This document shows, piece after piece, positions 26,362 to 40,396 of a stretch of 64,000 nucleotides of DNA. The position numbers and the translations under genes are program-made. The DNA lies in NCBI GenBank assembly GCA_964016885.1, contig OZ024741.1:334800001-334864000 (forward strand), in the 5' to 3' direction. Position 1 is the first letter of the stretch. The number at the start of each line of letters is the position of its first letter. The notes under the pieces were generated by a model, which saw nothing but the letters and a program-made list of their open reading frames with translations, ran no database searches and had not been told where the DNA came from. This stretch comes from Eledone cirrhosa (Eukaryota).

Positions 26362-27080
26362 AGGAACGAAGCTTGCATGCTCCGTTGGATGTAATATACG
26401 CGAACGGCAAAGCATAAATGAACTAAGTGAGAAATTAGGAATAAGAGGGATCAGATGCTGTTTACTCGAGAGAAGACTACGTTGGTATGGTCATGTGATG
26501 TGCATGAAAGACGACAGCTGTATAAAAAAGTGCAGGGCGATCAAAATAGACGGTAGCTACTGAGTAGGCAGACCCAGAAAAACATGGGCCGACTTGATAA
26601 AATCCGATCTCACACACGTACACTTCTCCAAGACAATGTCACTGGACCGAGATCTTTGGCGCTACATACAGAAGACCCGCCTTGCCTAAGTACAAAGCGA
26701 AACATACAGTCAGTAGGCACCTCTTAACCAAAATACACTCCCGTCCCACTACCCCTACCCCCACCACCATCTACACCACCCCTTTCGATGTAAAGCTATG
26801 TTGGTACCACAACATCCAGTCCTAAATAAATGAGGTCATGTAGGTGTCATGACAAAAAAACACAGAGTCCACGCTATAATGTGGCCGTGTAGGTAACACG
26901 GTAAAAACCTCCCAGTCCACACTGTAAACGTGGTTGGTGTTAGGAAGGGCATCCAGCCGTAGAAAACCCGCCAGACAGTCCTGAGCAAGACAACCAATCT
27001 TGCTTCAAGTGGGACAATTCCTGTCCAGACTCATGCTAGCGTGGAAGATGGACGTTAAACGATGATGAGGATGATGATGA
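26362..27080 (+). mobile_element. RTE-clade LINE 3' fragment, same family
   Basis: RRLRWYGHV, shared 3' UTR and (GAT)n tail. Starts directly after (TA)n. Confidence 0.9.
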
Positions 27081-27189
27081 TATATATTATATATATGTGT
27101 GAGAATCACTACCTCCCTACAGGCAACTGACGCTGCATACCAGGTCCGGACACGGAAGAGCCAAACTCATTTTAATCCTTTCATTACTG

Positions 27190-27390
27190 TATGAGGGTTG
27201 GCCAAAAGTTCATCAGCTGAATATGAACGAGTGATGCTAGAGCTATGAAATCTTGCATGCATTAATTTGAACTCTTCTTCTTAATAATTGCATTATTTCT
27301 TTCCAGGCTCTATGTTGAAAAATAAACCTCATTTGATCATTCCATGAGAGTATCTTGGTCAGCCTATAAACTTTTCAGTCAGCCCTCATA
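27190..27390. mobile_element. Tc1/mariner-type MITE
   Basis: TA-flanked TIRs TGAGGGTTGGCCAAAAGTT / AACTTTTCAGTCAGCCCTCA. Inverted copy at 27491-27691 and another copy at 46791-46986. Confidence 0.8.
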
Positions 27391-29099
27391 TTTCTAAAGA
27401 AATACAGTCTATTTCAATTAATTAATGAAGAATTTGGAGAGATTTTACTAAAATCCCTAATTATTTAATTACTAAAATTTTAGCATAACATACAAGAGTC
27501 ATTTGAAAAGTTCATATGTTGACCAAGATACTCTCATGGAATGACCAAATGAGGTTTATTTTTCAACATAATCCCTAGAAAGAAACACTGCAGTTATCAA
27601 TGGGAAGAGTTGAAATTAATATATGCAAGATTTCCCAGCTCTAGCATTACTTTTAAATAGTCAGCTATCAACTTTTCAGCTGAATCCCGTATGGTTCTTA
27701 TATAAAATTGTTCAATGATATCAATTTAAAAACCATGTAATTGGGTGGCTTTGGCTGAATTGGTGTCTAAAAAAGTGAAGTAATGATATAAATGCCAAAT
27801 GTAATAAGTTAATTATTTGACTAAATCCCTAAAAATTCTTAATTATTTTTCAAATTAAAACAGAGTGGACAATTTATTTGATTACAAATATCATCATAAT
27901 AGGGTTAAGCAATACATATTTCTAACATAGCGCTGCATATGTTTATACAGACTCATATATAGCATGCAGGTACACATTCACACACACATATACACATCAT
28001 CACCGTTTAACCTCCATTTTTTCATGCTAGCATGGGTTAAACAAGTTGTCCTATTGTGAAACAAGTCAGGTTGGATACCGTGTCTTGCTCATACAGAACT
28101 GTTTCTGGTGTGCATATATCATCATCATCACTGTTTAACATCCATTTTCCACTCTAGAGTGGGCTAGATAAGTTTTCCTGTTGTGAGACAAATCAGATCA
28201 GATGACCATATCTCGCTCATACAGAACCATTTCTGGCTTGGTTTCTACAGCTAGATGCCCTGCCTAATGTCAACCAAATTTACAGTGTGGGCACGGTGCT
28301 TTTTACCATGGCGCCAAAACAACCAACTTACAAATACAGTGATCATGGAGATGTATGCATGCATGTGAACAGATATGCAAACTATGCATGCACACAAAAC
28401 AAAGCATCCACATGCATGTGATGCAAGTATATACAAATGTATATATATATTTTGCCAGGTGATACTATTAAGTTAGACATGGCCTGGACCAATACTGGTC
28501 AAAACCTATCAAAGTTATATATATATCATCATCATCATCATCATCGTTTAACGTCTATCTTCCACGCTAGCATGGGTTTAGACGGGAATTGTCCCACTTA
28601 AGGCAAGATTGGTCGTCTCGCTCGTATGGGACTGTCTGGCAGGTTTTCTACGGGTGGATACCCTTCCTAAGACCAACCATGTTTACAGTGTGGACTGGGA
28701 GGTTTACCTACACGGCCACATTACAGCATATATATATATTTATATATAAGTATACAGACACACACACACATATATATATAAAGTATGTGTGCATATGTAT
28801 ATATATATATATATACACACACACATATACATACATACATACATACATACATATGTGTAGGCAGGACATTGACTAAAGACACTGTCTGTACTAATGAGAA
28901 TCTGGAAGTTGTTTGCTTGTGTTAACATTTCCAATTGGTAATTGGAAAGGATTACTGGAATTTAAATGTTATCAAGGGAGTTTACATGAAAGCAAACTAG
29001 TCATTATACATTATAACCTGTAAATAGGGGTCAGTCATAACATTATTGAAAATTCAGCCTTATTTAGGCGTCGGTGAATTACCTGAGTCATTAGAAACT

Positions 29100-29720
29100 C
29101 ATCATCATCATTAATTTATGTCTGCTTTCCATGTTGGTATGGGTTGAACATATTGTCCTGGACAAGATCTAGAGGGCCATGTCTTGTTTATGGTTAATTT
29201 TTGGTATGGTTTCTACAGCAGGATGTCTTGCCTAATGTCAACTACTTTACGGAGCATATGTGGTGTGTATTTTATTGTAGCACCAACAATACCATTTTAC
29301 AGAACGTATTAGGTGTGTTTTATTGTGGCATCATCACAACAACTTGACAGAGTGTATTGGATGTGTTTTGTCATCACATTGACACTACCACTGTAAGAGT
29401 GTACTGAGTGTGCTTTATTGTGGCACCAACACGACCGTTTTACAGATTTTACTGGGTGTCTTTTATTGTGACATTGGCACAACAACTTTACAGAGTGTAC
29501 TGGGTGTGTTTTATTGTGGCACCAACGCAACCGTTTTACAGCTTGTACTAGTGTGTGGTATTGTGGCACCAACAATACCACTTTACAAAGTGTACAGGAG
29601 TGTTTTATTGTGACATCAGCACTACGACTTTACAGAGTGTATTGGATGTGTTTTATCGTGGCATTGAAACAACCACTCTAAAAAGTGCACTTGGTGCATT
29701 TTATGGTTGCAGGTCATTGC
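29100..29720 (-). repeat. related ~48 bp tandem array with RTE-type tail, reverse orientation
   Basis: Unit ~TTTTATTGTGGCACCAACAATACCACTTTACAGAGTGTACTGGGTGTG, with the tail at 29100-29260. Confidence 0.8.
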
Positions 29721-30935
29721 AGTCTGAAACTGAACATACCTGAAAGGACCACATCTTGCTCAGCTCATATTTCCTATTTTTGGCATGGTTTTTACAGCTG
29801 GATATCCTTCCCATTGCTAACCACCTTATACAGTGCACTGAATGTATTTTATCATGGCACCATCACAACCAACAGCCTACTAATATGTAAATGGCATAGC
29901 ATTCTACAGACACATGCATCCTTAAAATAATTCTCTGGGTGACAGTGTGTGACAAAGCTGTCTCATGCTGGAGCACAACTCTCTTTTTATTTTCTAGTTG
30001 AGGAGACTGGAGCTACATGATGAAAAAGTGTTTTACTCAAGGACAGAATTCACCACCAGAAATTGTACTCATGGTGGAGGCCCATTATAGATGGTAGGGA
30101 GCAGATGAGGGAGGGTTTGGAGTTTATAATACAGAAAGGTACAACAAAATCACTGAACCACATTTCCAGCATAGTTCCTGAATTCCATCTATGGGGAGGG
30201 AACAGGAATTTTAATTAAACAAATTTCAATTGGATTATAATATAATGTTTGCAGTAAAAAAAAAAAAGGAGGAATCAAGGGCCAAAACACTTGCTTGATG
30301 GGAGCTACTCCTCTGAAGATACTCCTGCTATCTGCTCGCCCACCCTCTTGCAAGTTTCCACCTTCTTTGCAATAAAAAAAGAGAAAAGTAAATAGTGAAA
30401 GTAAGGTAAACAGAGGAAGAGGGCGCAGTAGACACTAGGAGGTATATCTCAGTTGTGCCCATAGATAAATAGTGAAGTTATTGCTGTGGAGAGCAGCCAG
30501 TAACACCCGCTACATCAGCTACTCCACCTCACACAGCTCCTTCCTCAGGTATGATGCACACTTCATAATTTTATTGACTCTCTTTTATTGATTTCATTTG
30601 GAGGACAGAGGCCATGCTGAGGCACTGCCTTCAAGAGGTTTAAGTTAATCATATCATCCCCAGAAATTATTTAAGTCTGGTACTTTTCTTTATTTATGTC
30701 TATTTGTTGAATAATTAATTTAACCTTTGGCATAAAGAGACTTAACACAACGGTTTTCGCTAATAGGTGTAAGCAAATTCACACATTTACACGCACACTA
30801 ATTTATCAATATATAAACTACATACATATATATGCACACATGTACCTATATATAGGTTGATATATTTTTATATATTGATATAGATACATAAATATTTCTC
30901 AGTCTCTCCCCCTCCCTTTCTCTCTCTGTTTTATT

Positions 30936-30980
<45 letters not shown>

Positions 30981-31029
30981 CAAATACTTATATATATATA
31001 TATATACAAATACATATATATATATATCC

Positions 31030-33780
31030 CTCCCCCATGAAGAATGCACCTCCCAACATAGCCTAGTAGTTAGTGACCTCATAGTCAGGAATAGACGTAC
31101 TCAACGACAGAAGAGGCCTACCTTGAGGAGAATATGGAAGTTGAAGGACTCCATAGCCAGTGACAAATTTAAAAGCTTATTACTTGATGCCTTTGACAAT
31201 AAGGAAGAGCAATTAGAGATGTGCGATATAGAGGAACAGTGGCAATTCTTGAAAGTGAACCTGCTGAAAGCAACGGATGAAGTCTGTGGCTGGAGCAGAC
31301 CTATTGGCAGGAGGAGAGTAACTTGATGGTGGAAAAGTAAGGTGGAAGAGACAACCAAGGCCAAAAAGCAGGCTTGGAAAGTATGGCAGGATGGAGGAAG
31401 TAGAGAGCACTATCAAGTGGCCAGGAGAGAAGCTAGGAGACAAGTGTATCTTGCAAAAAGGGTAGCAGAGGATAGAAAGTTCAAGCATGTTCTACAATGT
31501 GCAGACCAAAAATGTGAGGTGTTCAGGATTGCTAGACAATGTGTCAAGGAAAACCATGTGTCCGTAATGATAACGGTGTACTTGCGCTCACTGATACTGA
31601 TAAGAAGATAGCCTGGAAGTGTCACTATGAGAGACTATTAGATGAGGAGAATAAATGGGAAAAAGATAGTCTGCCCCAAATCGATCCAATAGAAGGACCA
31701 GCGGTGCAAGTTAAAGGTAGTATAATAAGTAAGGCAATCAAAGATATGAAGACAGGCAAGGCAGCTGGGCCTTCGGAGATAGTTGCTGAGATGTTGAAGG
31801 CATCTGGTATGGTGGGACACACTACGGTCACCCGTATAGTTAACCAAGTAATACAGAATGGGGTCATACCAAAAGACTGGCGTAGCAACATCATCATTAA
31901 CTGCTACAAGGGTAAAGGGGATGCTCTAGATAGGGGAAACTATAGAGGCATTAAGTTAGTTGACCAAGTCATGAAGGTCACAGAAAGAGTTATAGCGCAA
32001 ATAATCAGAGAGCGAATTGATCTAGATGAAATGCAGTTTGGGTTTGTGTCAGGTAAAAGTACCACAGACGCTCTTTTCCTTGTACGACAACTACAAGAGA
32101 AGTACCTAGCTAAAAGTAAACCCCTCTACTTAGCTTTTGTAGACCTGGAGAAAGCCTTTGACAGAGTCCCCCGCTCCATTATCTGGTGGGCTCTTAGAAA
32201 ACTAGGTGTAGATGAATGGCTTGTGAGAGCTATACAAGCTATGTATAATGAAACAGTCAGTAAGGTTAGAATTAACAATGAATATTGTGAAGAATTTAGT
32301 GTAAAAGTTGGCGTTCATCAAGGCTCTGTCCTTAGCCCTCTCCTATTTATTATTGCCCTTCAGGCTATAACAGAGGAGTTCAAGATCGGCTGCCCATGGG
32401 AACTCCTATATGCAGATGATCTAACGCTCATAGCTGAATCAATGGCTGAACTAGAAAAGAAATTCCAAACATGGAAGCATGGCCTAGAATCAAATGGTCT
32501 TAAAGTTAACTTGTCTAAGACTAAAGTTCTAGTTTGTAGAAAGGAAAATAGGGCACAGGTACCCTCAGGGAAATAGCCATGCTCAGTGTGTAGGAAAGGA
32601 GTAGGCAGAAATTCCATTTTATGTCCCAAATGCAAAGTATGGGTACATAAAAGATGTAGTGGGATTACAGGTAAACTATCTAAGAACGTAGACTTTATAT
32701 GTGGCCGATGCTCAGGTGCAATAAGTAGCAAGTGTCCACAGGATACTAGCTCCTTCTATTGCCCAGATGGTTCTATAGAAATAATAGACACTTTCCGTTA
32801 CCTGGGTGACGAAATCAGCAGTGGAGGAAGGTGTTCTGAAAGTACAGTAGCCAGAGTCAGAACGGGATGAAAAAAGTTCAGAGAGCTTATACCGCTGTTG
32901 GCTACAAAGGTTTCTCTCTAAAAATGAAAGGCAGATTGTATAATGCTTGTATACGAACAGCAATGCTACATGGTAGTGAGACATGGGCATTACGTGCAGA
33001 GGACCTGCGCAGACTGGAAAGGAACGAAGCATGCATGCTCCGTTGGATGTCTAATAGTAATATACATGAACAGCAAAGCATAAATGAACTAAGTGATAAA
33101 TTAGGAATAAGAGGGATCAGATGCTGTTTACTTGAGAGAAGACTACGTTGGTATGGCCACGTGATGCACATGAAAGATGACAGCTGTATAAAAAAGTGCA
33201 GGGTGATCAAAATTGATGGTAGTTACAGAGTAGGTAGACCCAGAAAAACCTGGGACGATCTAATAAATTCTGACCTTACACACTTGTACCTCTCTAAGAC
33301 AATGTCACTGGACCGAGATCTTTGGCGCTACACAGTAATACAGAAGACCTGCCTTGTCTATGTACAAAGCGAAACCTACAGTCAGTAGGCACCTCTTAAC
33401 CAAATATACACCACAATCCACTACCCCTACACTATCCTCTCACTCCCACCAACATCACCCTCTTTCTGCAAAGTTGGTACCACAACATCCAGTCCAAATA
33501 AATGAGATAATGAGATCAAGATTGTGTAGGTGTCACAACAAAAACACACAGTCCACGCTGTAATGTGGTCGTGTAGGTAACACGGTAAAAAGTTCCCAGT
33601 CCACACTGTAAATGTGGTTGGTGTTAGGAAGGGCATCCAGCCGTAGAAAACGTGCCAGATAGTCCTATATGAGCGAGACACGGTCACCCGACCAACCTTG
33701 ACTCAAATTGGGACAACCCCCGTCTAACCCATGCTAGCGTGGAAAATGGACGTTAAACGAAGATGATGAGATGATGATGA
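31030..33780 (+). mobile_element. RTE-clade LINE, 5'-truncated, decayed ORF (end of APE, RT, PHD-like finger)
   Basis: YKGKGD, NYRGIKL, QFGF, AFVDLEKAFDRV, GVHQGSVLSPLLF, LLYADD, FRYLG, HGSETW, RRLRWYGHV and GRPRKTW motifs. Stops and frameshifts near 31324, 31550, 32574 and 32870. (GAT)n tail. Confidence 0.93.
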
Positions 33781-33805
33781 TATATATATATATATATATA
33801 CATAT

Positions 33806-34106
33806 AATGTAGGAGGTGAGTTTTATTGTAGCACAATAAAGCAATGCAAATATCGGATAAGTAGCACTCTACAGTTTGTAGGATTGGAGTATAAATAATA
33901 TAAGATCAAAAGATGGTTAAAAGAGTTCCAAGTATTTTATGTTGATTTAAAACTTCACTGCTCACAAGTGTTTTTTAAGCTTCATATCATGTCTCCCTAT
34001 TTTATCTGATGAGAACGCAGATATCATCCCATGATGATATTTGTTTTTGAAATGCGCATAATAAAATACTTGGAACTCTTTTAACCATCTTTTGATCTTA
34101 TATTAT
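33806..34106. mobile_element. fold-back element with HHR
   Basis: Arms 33895-33940 / 34061-34106 with the HHR between them. TA-flanked. Confidence 0.8.
33998..34068 (+). ncRNA. minimal type I hammerhead ribozyme
   Basis: TATTTTAT-CTGATGA-GAACGCAGATATCAT...ATGATATTTGTTTTT-GAAA-TGCGCA-TA-ATAAAATA. Perfect 8 bp stem I and palindromic TGCGCA. Predicted cleavage after 34060. Confidence 0.87.
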
Positions 34107-34635
34107 ATATATATACATATACATCATCACCGTTTTACGTCCGTTCTTCCACGCTATATACACACATATATATATATGTGTGTGTGAGAGAGAGAGAAAG
34201 AGAAAGTGAGAATTTATATGATTAGGTGGATATTAATGCTTGCCTGTGTGTGTGTGTTAGCGCATGTGCGTTTGCCTGTGTGTTAGCATGTGTGTTTGTG
34301 TATGTGTATGATAATGTTTGTGTAAATTCATGCATGCTGATATGAAAATGCCCTCCGACATTATTGAAATACATAATAGAAATGCCCCCTCATGCATATT
34401 TCTTCTTGGCTAAGAGAAAAGTTTATCTCTCTCTCGCCTTTTCTGCCGAAATAATATTGTCAATTTGTGCACTTGAAGATTTTTTTGCAGACTACCTTCC
34501 AGTTGCATTAATCTTTCATGCAAGACTTGCCAATAAAATGGTGATCTTTTATGATTATAAGGGAGAGTGAGAGGGGAGGGGGATAGTGAGAGGAGGAGAG
34601 ATTAAGACAAAGAGAGAGAGACAGAGAGGGGGAGT

Positions 34636-34700
<65 letters not shown>

Positions 34701-36764
34701 TATAAACAAAACAAAACATAAAATTAAAGTTAAAATAAAAATAAAGAAAATATGCCAGTAGTAGTAGTAATAATAATGGTTTAACATCAGTAAAAGCGAT
34801 GTTTGAAAACTGGCAGCTATAATGGAAATAAAAGTGGCTGGGATGTTTAAAACAAAAAAGCAAACTAGCAAATGTGTCCAGGCAATTAAAAGATTCAATC
34901 AAATCTTAACTACTTTAAAAGATTAACTGGGAAACTTATTCCTCAGCACAGAATCAAGTTAAAATTAGGTCAGATATTCAACTAGAGCTTGGTAGCTTTT
35001 TTATTTTTTTTCTATTCATTTTCTTTCCCTTTTCCCCACCTTTTGTTCTTCAACTGGTTTCTGTTATTAGACTGTGGCCATGCTGGGGCACTACCTTCTT
35101 TAAAATCTACTTTAAAAGATTAACTGGGCATCTTATTCCCCAGCATTGTAACAAGTTAAAATTAGGTCAGATATTCAACTGGTTTCGGTCATTAGACTGT
35201 GGCCATGCTGGGGCATTTCCTTCAAGGCTTTCTTTTTAGTCTATCCTATTGAACCCCAACACATATTCTGTTTTCAAGCCTAGTACTTATTTTATGGCTC
35301 TCTCTTTTGTCAAACTCCTAAGTTACAGGACATAAACACACACATACACACACATACATGCACACACAAATATACAATGAGATTCCACCCAGTTTCTGCC
35401 TACCAAATTCCAATCACAAGGCGTTGGTCAACCATGAGGCTCTAGGGGAAGACACTGTGCAACCCAAGGTGCTGTACAGTGGGACTGAACCGAGAACCAC
35501 ATAGTTGTAAAACCATGCTAATGCCATGTAGAGCTACTCAGCCATGACTGCACCCATTACTAAACACCCATGACTAAAGCTATGTCTTTGCCATATATTT
35601 ATTTATTGTTTATTTCTTCTTCTTCTTCTTCTTCTTCTTCTTCTTCTTCTTCTTCTTCTTCTTCTTCTTCTTCTATTTGGAAGGGCTGAGTCTTCAAACA
35701 CTCCTTCCATCGGGTCACATCAGAAGCAACCTCTCTCCAATTGATCCGGCTGGATCCCCAAATGAGTCCAGCTGAGCCCATGGATATAATCCAACCATCT
35801 ATCCCTAGGTCTATCCCTGGATCTCCTGCCAATTGGTTTTGCCTGTAAAATCTGTGCAGCAATTCTTTCCTGGTGCATTTTTATTTATTTATTTATTTAT
35901 TTGTTTGTTTATTGCACTCCAATTAGCTGTACAGTGAGTGTATGTACACTTTGGTAGTTAAATCCTTTCCTGATCAAACCACTGTACTTAATAAATCTAT
36001 TTTGGAATGCCACTTGCTGTACTGTATTTCGCTATGATTATCTACCACCACCACCTCCACCACCACCACTACTATTTACTCATCTTCTTCATCCTCCTCC
36101 TCCTCCAGGCATCAGCTTTACTACACAGCTTAATCACTGCCACATTCTATCCTTAACAACTTCTTAACAACAACAGCTAGGCCATATAAAACCTCAACAA
36201 TCCTACACCTCCCCACTAAATCTCAACAATCCCTCCACTTCTCCACAAACCCTATTTCTTCATCCGTGCACTTTATATTTTATTTTATTTTTGTTTTATT
36301 TTGTTTTATTTTATTTATCCCTCTTTTATTCCTTTCTACTGGTTTATAGTAATTGGATTACATGACTATGCGTGGGCGTTGCTTGCAAGCCTTTTAGTCA
36401 ATTATAGCAACCCCGGTACTTAGCCTGGTACTCATTTTATCAATGCCTGCTTATCAAATACCATTCTTCCCTCTCCTTGTCACAAATGCTGTCTAAGGGA
36501 AAGGCAAAGGCTGATACATTTTGGCACCAGTAGCATTGCAACTAATTTCTGCAGTTGAGTGAATTGGAGCAACATAAAATAAAGTGTATTGCTCAAGGAC
36601 ACAACACACTGCCTGGTCCAGGAATCAAATTCACAACCTCATGATTGTGAATCAAGCTCTCTTACCACTAAGTCATGCACCTCCACTATAAAGATAAAAG
36701 AAAAGGAATCAATCGACAAGATTCCAGACCTTATTCACTTACCAAGTGGGGTGGAGCTCATCAA

Positions 36765-37100
36765 ATTGGACCCTATGGTACATAGACCCAGTTGTAGATA
36801 GACTCAGTTATATGTAGACCCAGTTGTACGTAGACCCAGTTGTACATAGACTCAATTGTATATAGACCCAGTTGTACATAGACCAAGTTTACATAGGCCC
36901 TGCCATACATAGACTCATTTGTATACCGACCCAGAGTAGACTCAGCCATACATAGACCTAGTTATACATGGTCAGTTATCACAGACTCAGTCAGGAACAA
37001 ACCCAGTTAGGCTGAAGCCCAGTTAGGCTCCAAACTCAGTGAGAGATGCAGGCCCAGTTAGGCTAAGTAATACACAGATTCAGTAATCCATAGACTTAAT
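36765..37100. repeat. ~16-18 bp minisatellite
   Basis: Variants of TAGACCCAGTTGTACA. Confidence 0.75.
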
Positions 37101-37417
37101 TATTTATAATTGACCCAGTTTCTTCAACTCTCTGTCTCTTAATGCCATTGAAATCAGAATGAACTCCAGCTCTATGAGTCTTTGTGCTTGTGACAAAATT
37201 TCAACTGTTTTTTTTTATTGTATGTATGAAACTTCAACATTGATAACGTTTACACATATTGAATCTACATATTGGAGTATATAAATATTTTTTGATATAT
37301 GCAACACCCTGATGCAACTTTTCTTGGTGAACACGTCCCCCTACCATACACATACTCATCCCTACCTCCCCAGTTTGTCCAAGGGCACAACTAGTGCCCT
37401 AATGTCGTAATGAGGTA

Positions 37418-38340
37418 GTGCTGGTGACATGATAAAATACACACAGTACACTCTGTAAAGTGGTAGAGCTGGTGACATGATAAAATACACCCAGTTCACT
37501 CTGTAATGTGGTAGTGCTGGTAATATGAAACAACCAGCCCACTCAGTAAAATGGTAGTTCTTGTGTCATGATAAAACACATCCAGTCCACTGTGTAAAGT
37601 GGTAGTGCTGATACCATGATAAAACACACCTAGCACACTCTGTAACATGGTAGTATTGGAGCCATGATAAAATACACCCAATCCGCACTGTAAAGTGAAA
37701 GAGCTGGTACCATGATAAACACACCCAGTACACTCTGTAACATGGTAGTGTTGGTGACACAATCAAACACACCCAGTCCACTCTATAAAGTAGTAGTGCT
37801 GTTAACCATGATAAAATACATCCAATCCACTCTGTAAAATGGTAGTGCTGGTGCTACTATAAAACACACCCAGTCCACTCTGTGAAGTGGTATTGCTGGG
37901 AGACATGATAAAATACACTTAGTCTACTCTGTAAAGTTGTAGTGCTGGTAGCATGTTAAAATACACCTAGCCCACTTTGTAAAGTAGTAGTACTGATGCC
38001 ATGATAAAATACACCCAGTTCACCCTGTAAAATGGTAGGACTGGAGACATGATAAAATATACCCAGCCCCCTCTGTAAAGTGATAGTGCATATGCCACAA
38101 GAAAAAAACTTCCTGTCCACCACCCTGCAAGAATGTAGTGCTTATGTCATTAGAAAATGCTTCCAGTACACACTATAAAGTAGCAAGCATTAGGTAGGGC
38201 ATCCAGCCATTGAAACCAAGTCTTGGACAGACAGAATGATGAGCAAGATGTGGACACCTGACTAGGCTAGTCCTAGAACATGACAACCCATCTAACCCAT
38301 GTAAGCATGGAAAATAAATGTTCAATGGTGATGGTGATAA
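37418..38340 (+). repeat. ~48 bp tandem array (~15 units) ending in an RTE-type 3' tail
   Basis: Unit ~CATGATAAAATACACCCAGTACACTCTGTAAAGTGGTAGTGCTGGTG, followed by TAGG..GGGCATCCAGCC..AACCCATG..ATGGTGATG. Confidence 0.85.
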
Positions 38341-39155
38341 TACAACTAAAACAGCCAGCGAACTCCAGTTTTACCAATGTTTATTACTGGGCTTGCCAAC
38401 TTTTTCATTACAAAAGACCCCTTTTATTTAATTGAACTTTCTCAAGCCCCTCTACAATTACTCACCTTCAAGGTTGTTATATTGTTAGAATTACAAACAA
38501 AATACAGGAATGTTTATACTTAGAGAATTTAGGGACAACCAGTAGTATCAGTGCTGCACTTATTAAACCCTAAGCTAAATATGCTATGGATTATGGCCAC
38601 ACACCCACGGGGACCTCATTTTTTAAAGTATAATTTTATCATTAGTTTTTATTCTTTAACACTAAATCATCAAAATCGCTTGGCGATTTTGAGAGAGAGA
38701 GAGTCTGCGGTGCCGAGACCACTAATTATAGGAGTACTTCATACATGGGAAAATGCAAAGTGGGTATAGAGATATCTAAAAAAAATCCCCACTGCAGGGC
38801 CAAACGGTTTTTCAGCTTACTGAATACATAAGCCAAAACCGTTTGGCGCCACCATTTTACATATCTCTTTTTCTCACTATATATATATATATATATATCA
38901 TCATCATCATCATCATCATCATCTAACGTCCATCTTCCATGCTAGCATGGGTTGGACGGGTTTGTCCCACTTGAGGCAAGATTGGTTGGGTGATCGTGTC
39001 TTGCTCATATAGAACTATTTCTAGCAGGTTTTACATGGCTGGATGCCCTTCCTAACGCCAACCAAATTTACAGTGTGGACTGGGAGCCATTTTACCGTGT
39101 CTCCTACTCGACCGCTTTACAGTGTGGACTGGATATATATATCATTATTTATTCA

Positions 39156-39344
39156 GGGCGGTGAATTGGCAGTATCGGTAGAGGGTCGGACATGCTTTCC
39201 AGCATAGTTATGTCCCTTTACGATCTGCGTTCAAATCCCGCCGAGGTTAACTTTGCCTTTCATCCTTACGGGGTCGATAAAATAAAGTACCAGTAATGTA
39301 CTGGAATAATTGCTGGCCTTGTGCCAAAAGTAGAAACAATTATT
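39156..39344 (+). mobile_element. tRNA-derived SINE family 1 (representative copy)
   Basis: A box TGGCAGTATCGG, B box GTTCAAATCC, TSD TTATTTATTC. Other copies at ~2213-2407(-), 3480-3676(-), 3878-4061(+), 11802-11989(+), 25329-25545(-), 41238-41377(-), 41394-41614(-), 47697-47833(+), 47846-48037(+), 49801-49919(+), 50312-50497(+), 50497-50635(+), 52904-53062(-), 62383-62520(-) and 63155-63308(-). Confidence 0.9.
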
Positions 39345-40396
39345 TATTCTTTATCATTAACATTAATATATAAAAAAAATAATATAATCATGTATTATCA
39401 TTTTAAATTATTTTACCCCTTTTTTTTATAGAAGGACCTCAAATTCCATCTAGTTAAAGCTTTCAACCAGTGAAAGTCTGGCTCTGAATAGTGTGTGTGT
39501 ATTATGGAGGGATAATGAAAGGTTCATATATTCATGGGTTTCTTACGAAGGTCATGGGACTGTTATGTATGTATCCATGGGTATCTCGTGATGGTCAGGA
39601 GTATACAAGAATTTTAAAAGATTCCAGGAATGCAGGAGAACACTATCAGTCATACATATTCCCTCGATAAAAACAATATGGGTTATTTCCCTTAGACGTT
39701 TCTTCATTCTAGCCTGGACATTTGTGTTTGTAGAATCACGTTCCTGTGTGTATGTGATTACATGTAGGTGTGTGTATAATGTGATTAGTTTATGTGCACT
39801 ACGTAAATGTGTGTGTAGTTTGTGTGTATTGTGTGTGTGTTATGTGTATGTGCATTGCATGTATGTGTGTAATTAGTTGTGTGTATTTGTAAGTAAGTGC
39901 ATATATGTATTTTTGTATATTGTGTGGGTGTATGTAAATCTGTGAAGGTGTTTGAGTGTGTTGTGTGTATATGTGTGTATATGTGTGAGTGTAACTGTAT
40001 TCACATGGAAAGTTATGAATGTATGTATGTTTATTTACTGTATGTATTTGTGTAAAAGTTGATACCATGAATAACATTTGACAGCCCCCCCCCCCCCCCC
40101 CTCACACATACCCTCTGCAAAATGAAAGAAAGAAATTGTATTTTCCCATATATTTCATGTAAGCGGGAACACTAGGTCCTTACAAAAAACAGAGCAATAT
40201 TTGTGACTAAAAGTTTATCCTAAACATCAATGTTACAACAAAGAAATAAATATTTCTCTGTAATTATGTTTTGATGCATTAATGTGAAAATATTTATAAG
40301 AGCTACGTGGCTATATTAATGTGTTTTGGTTGTAGGGAGTGTATTTAGGATTCTGTTTTTCAATAGGGAATTTTAGATTGTAGTGGAAATTTCAGA

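Noticed and set aside
37418-38180. CRISPR-like regular array (also 29260-29720 and 40397-40962)
   Set aside because: The units are degenerate tandem repeats with no unique spacers. There are no cas genes and the context is eukaryotic.
39156-39245. tRNA gene
   Set aside because: The A and B boxes belong to a multi-copy SINE head that continues into a SINE body. No cloverleaf or CCA-end context.
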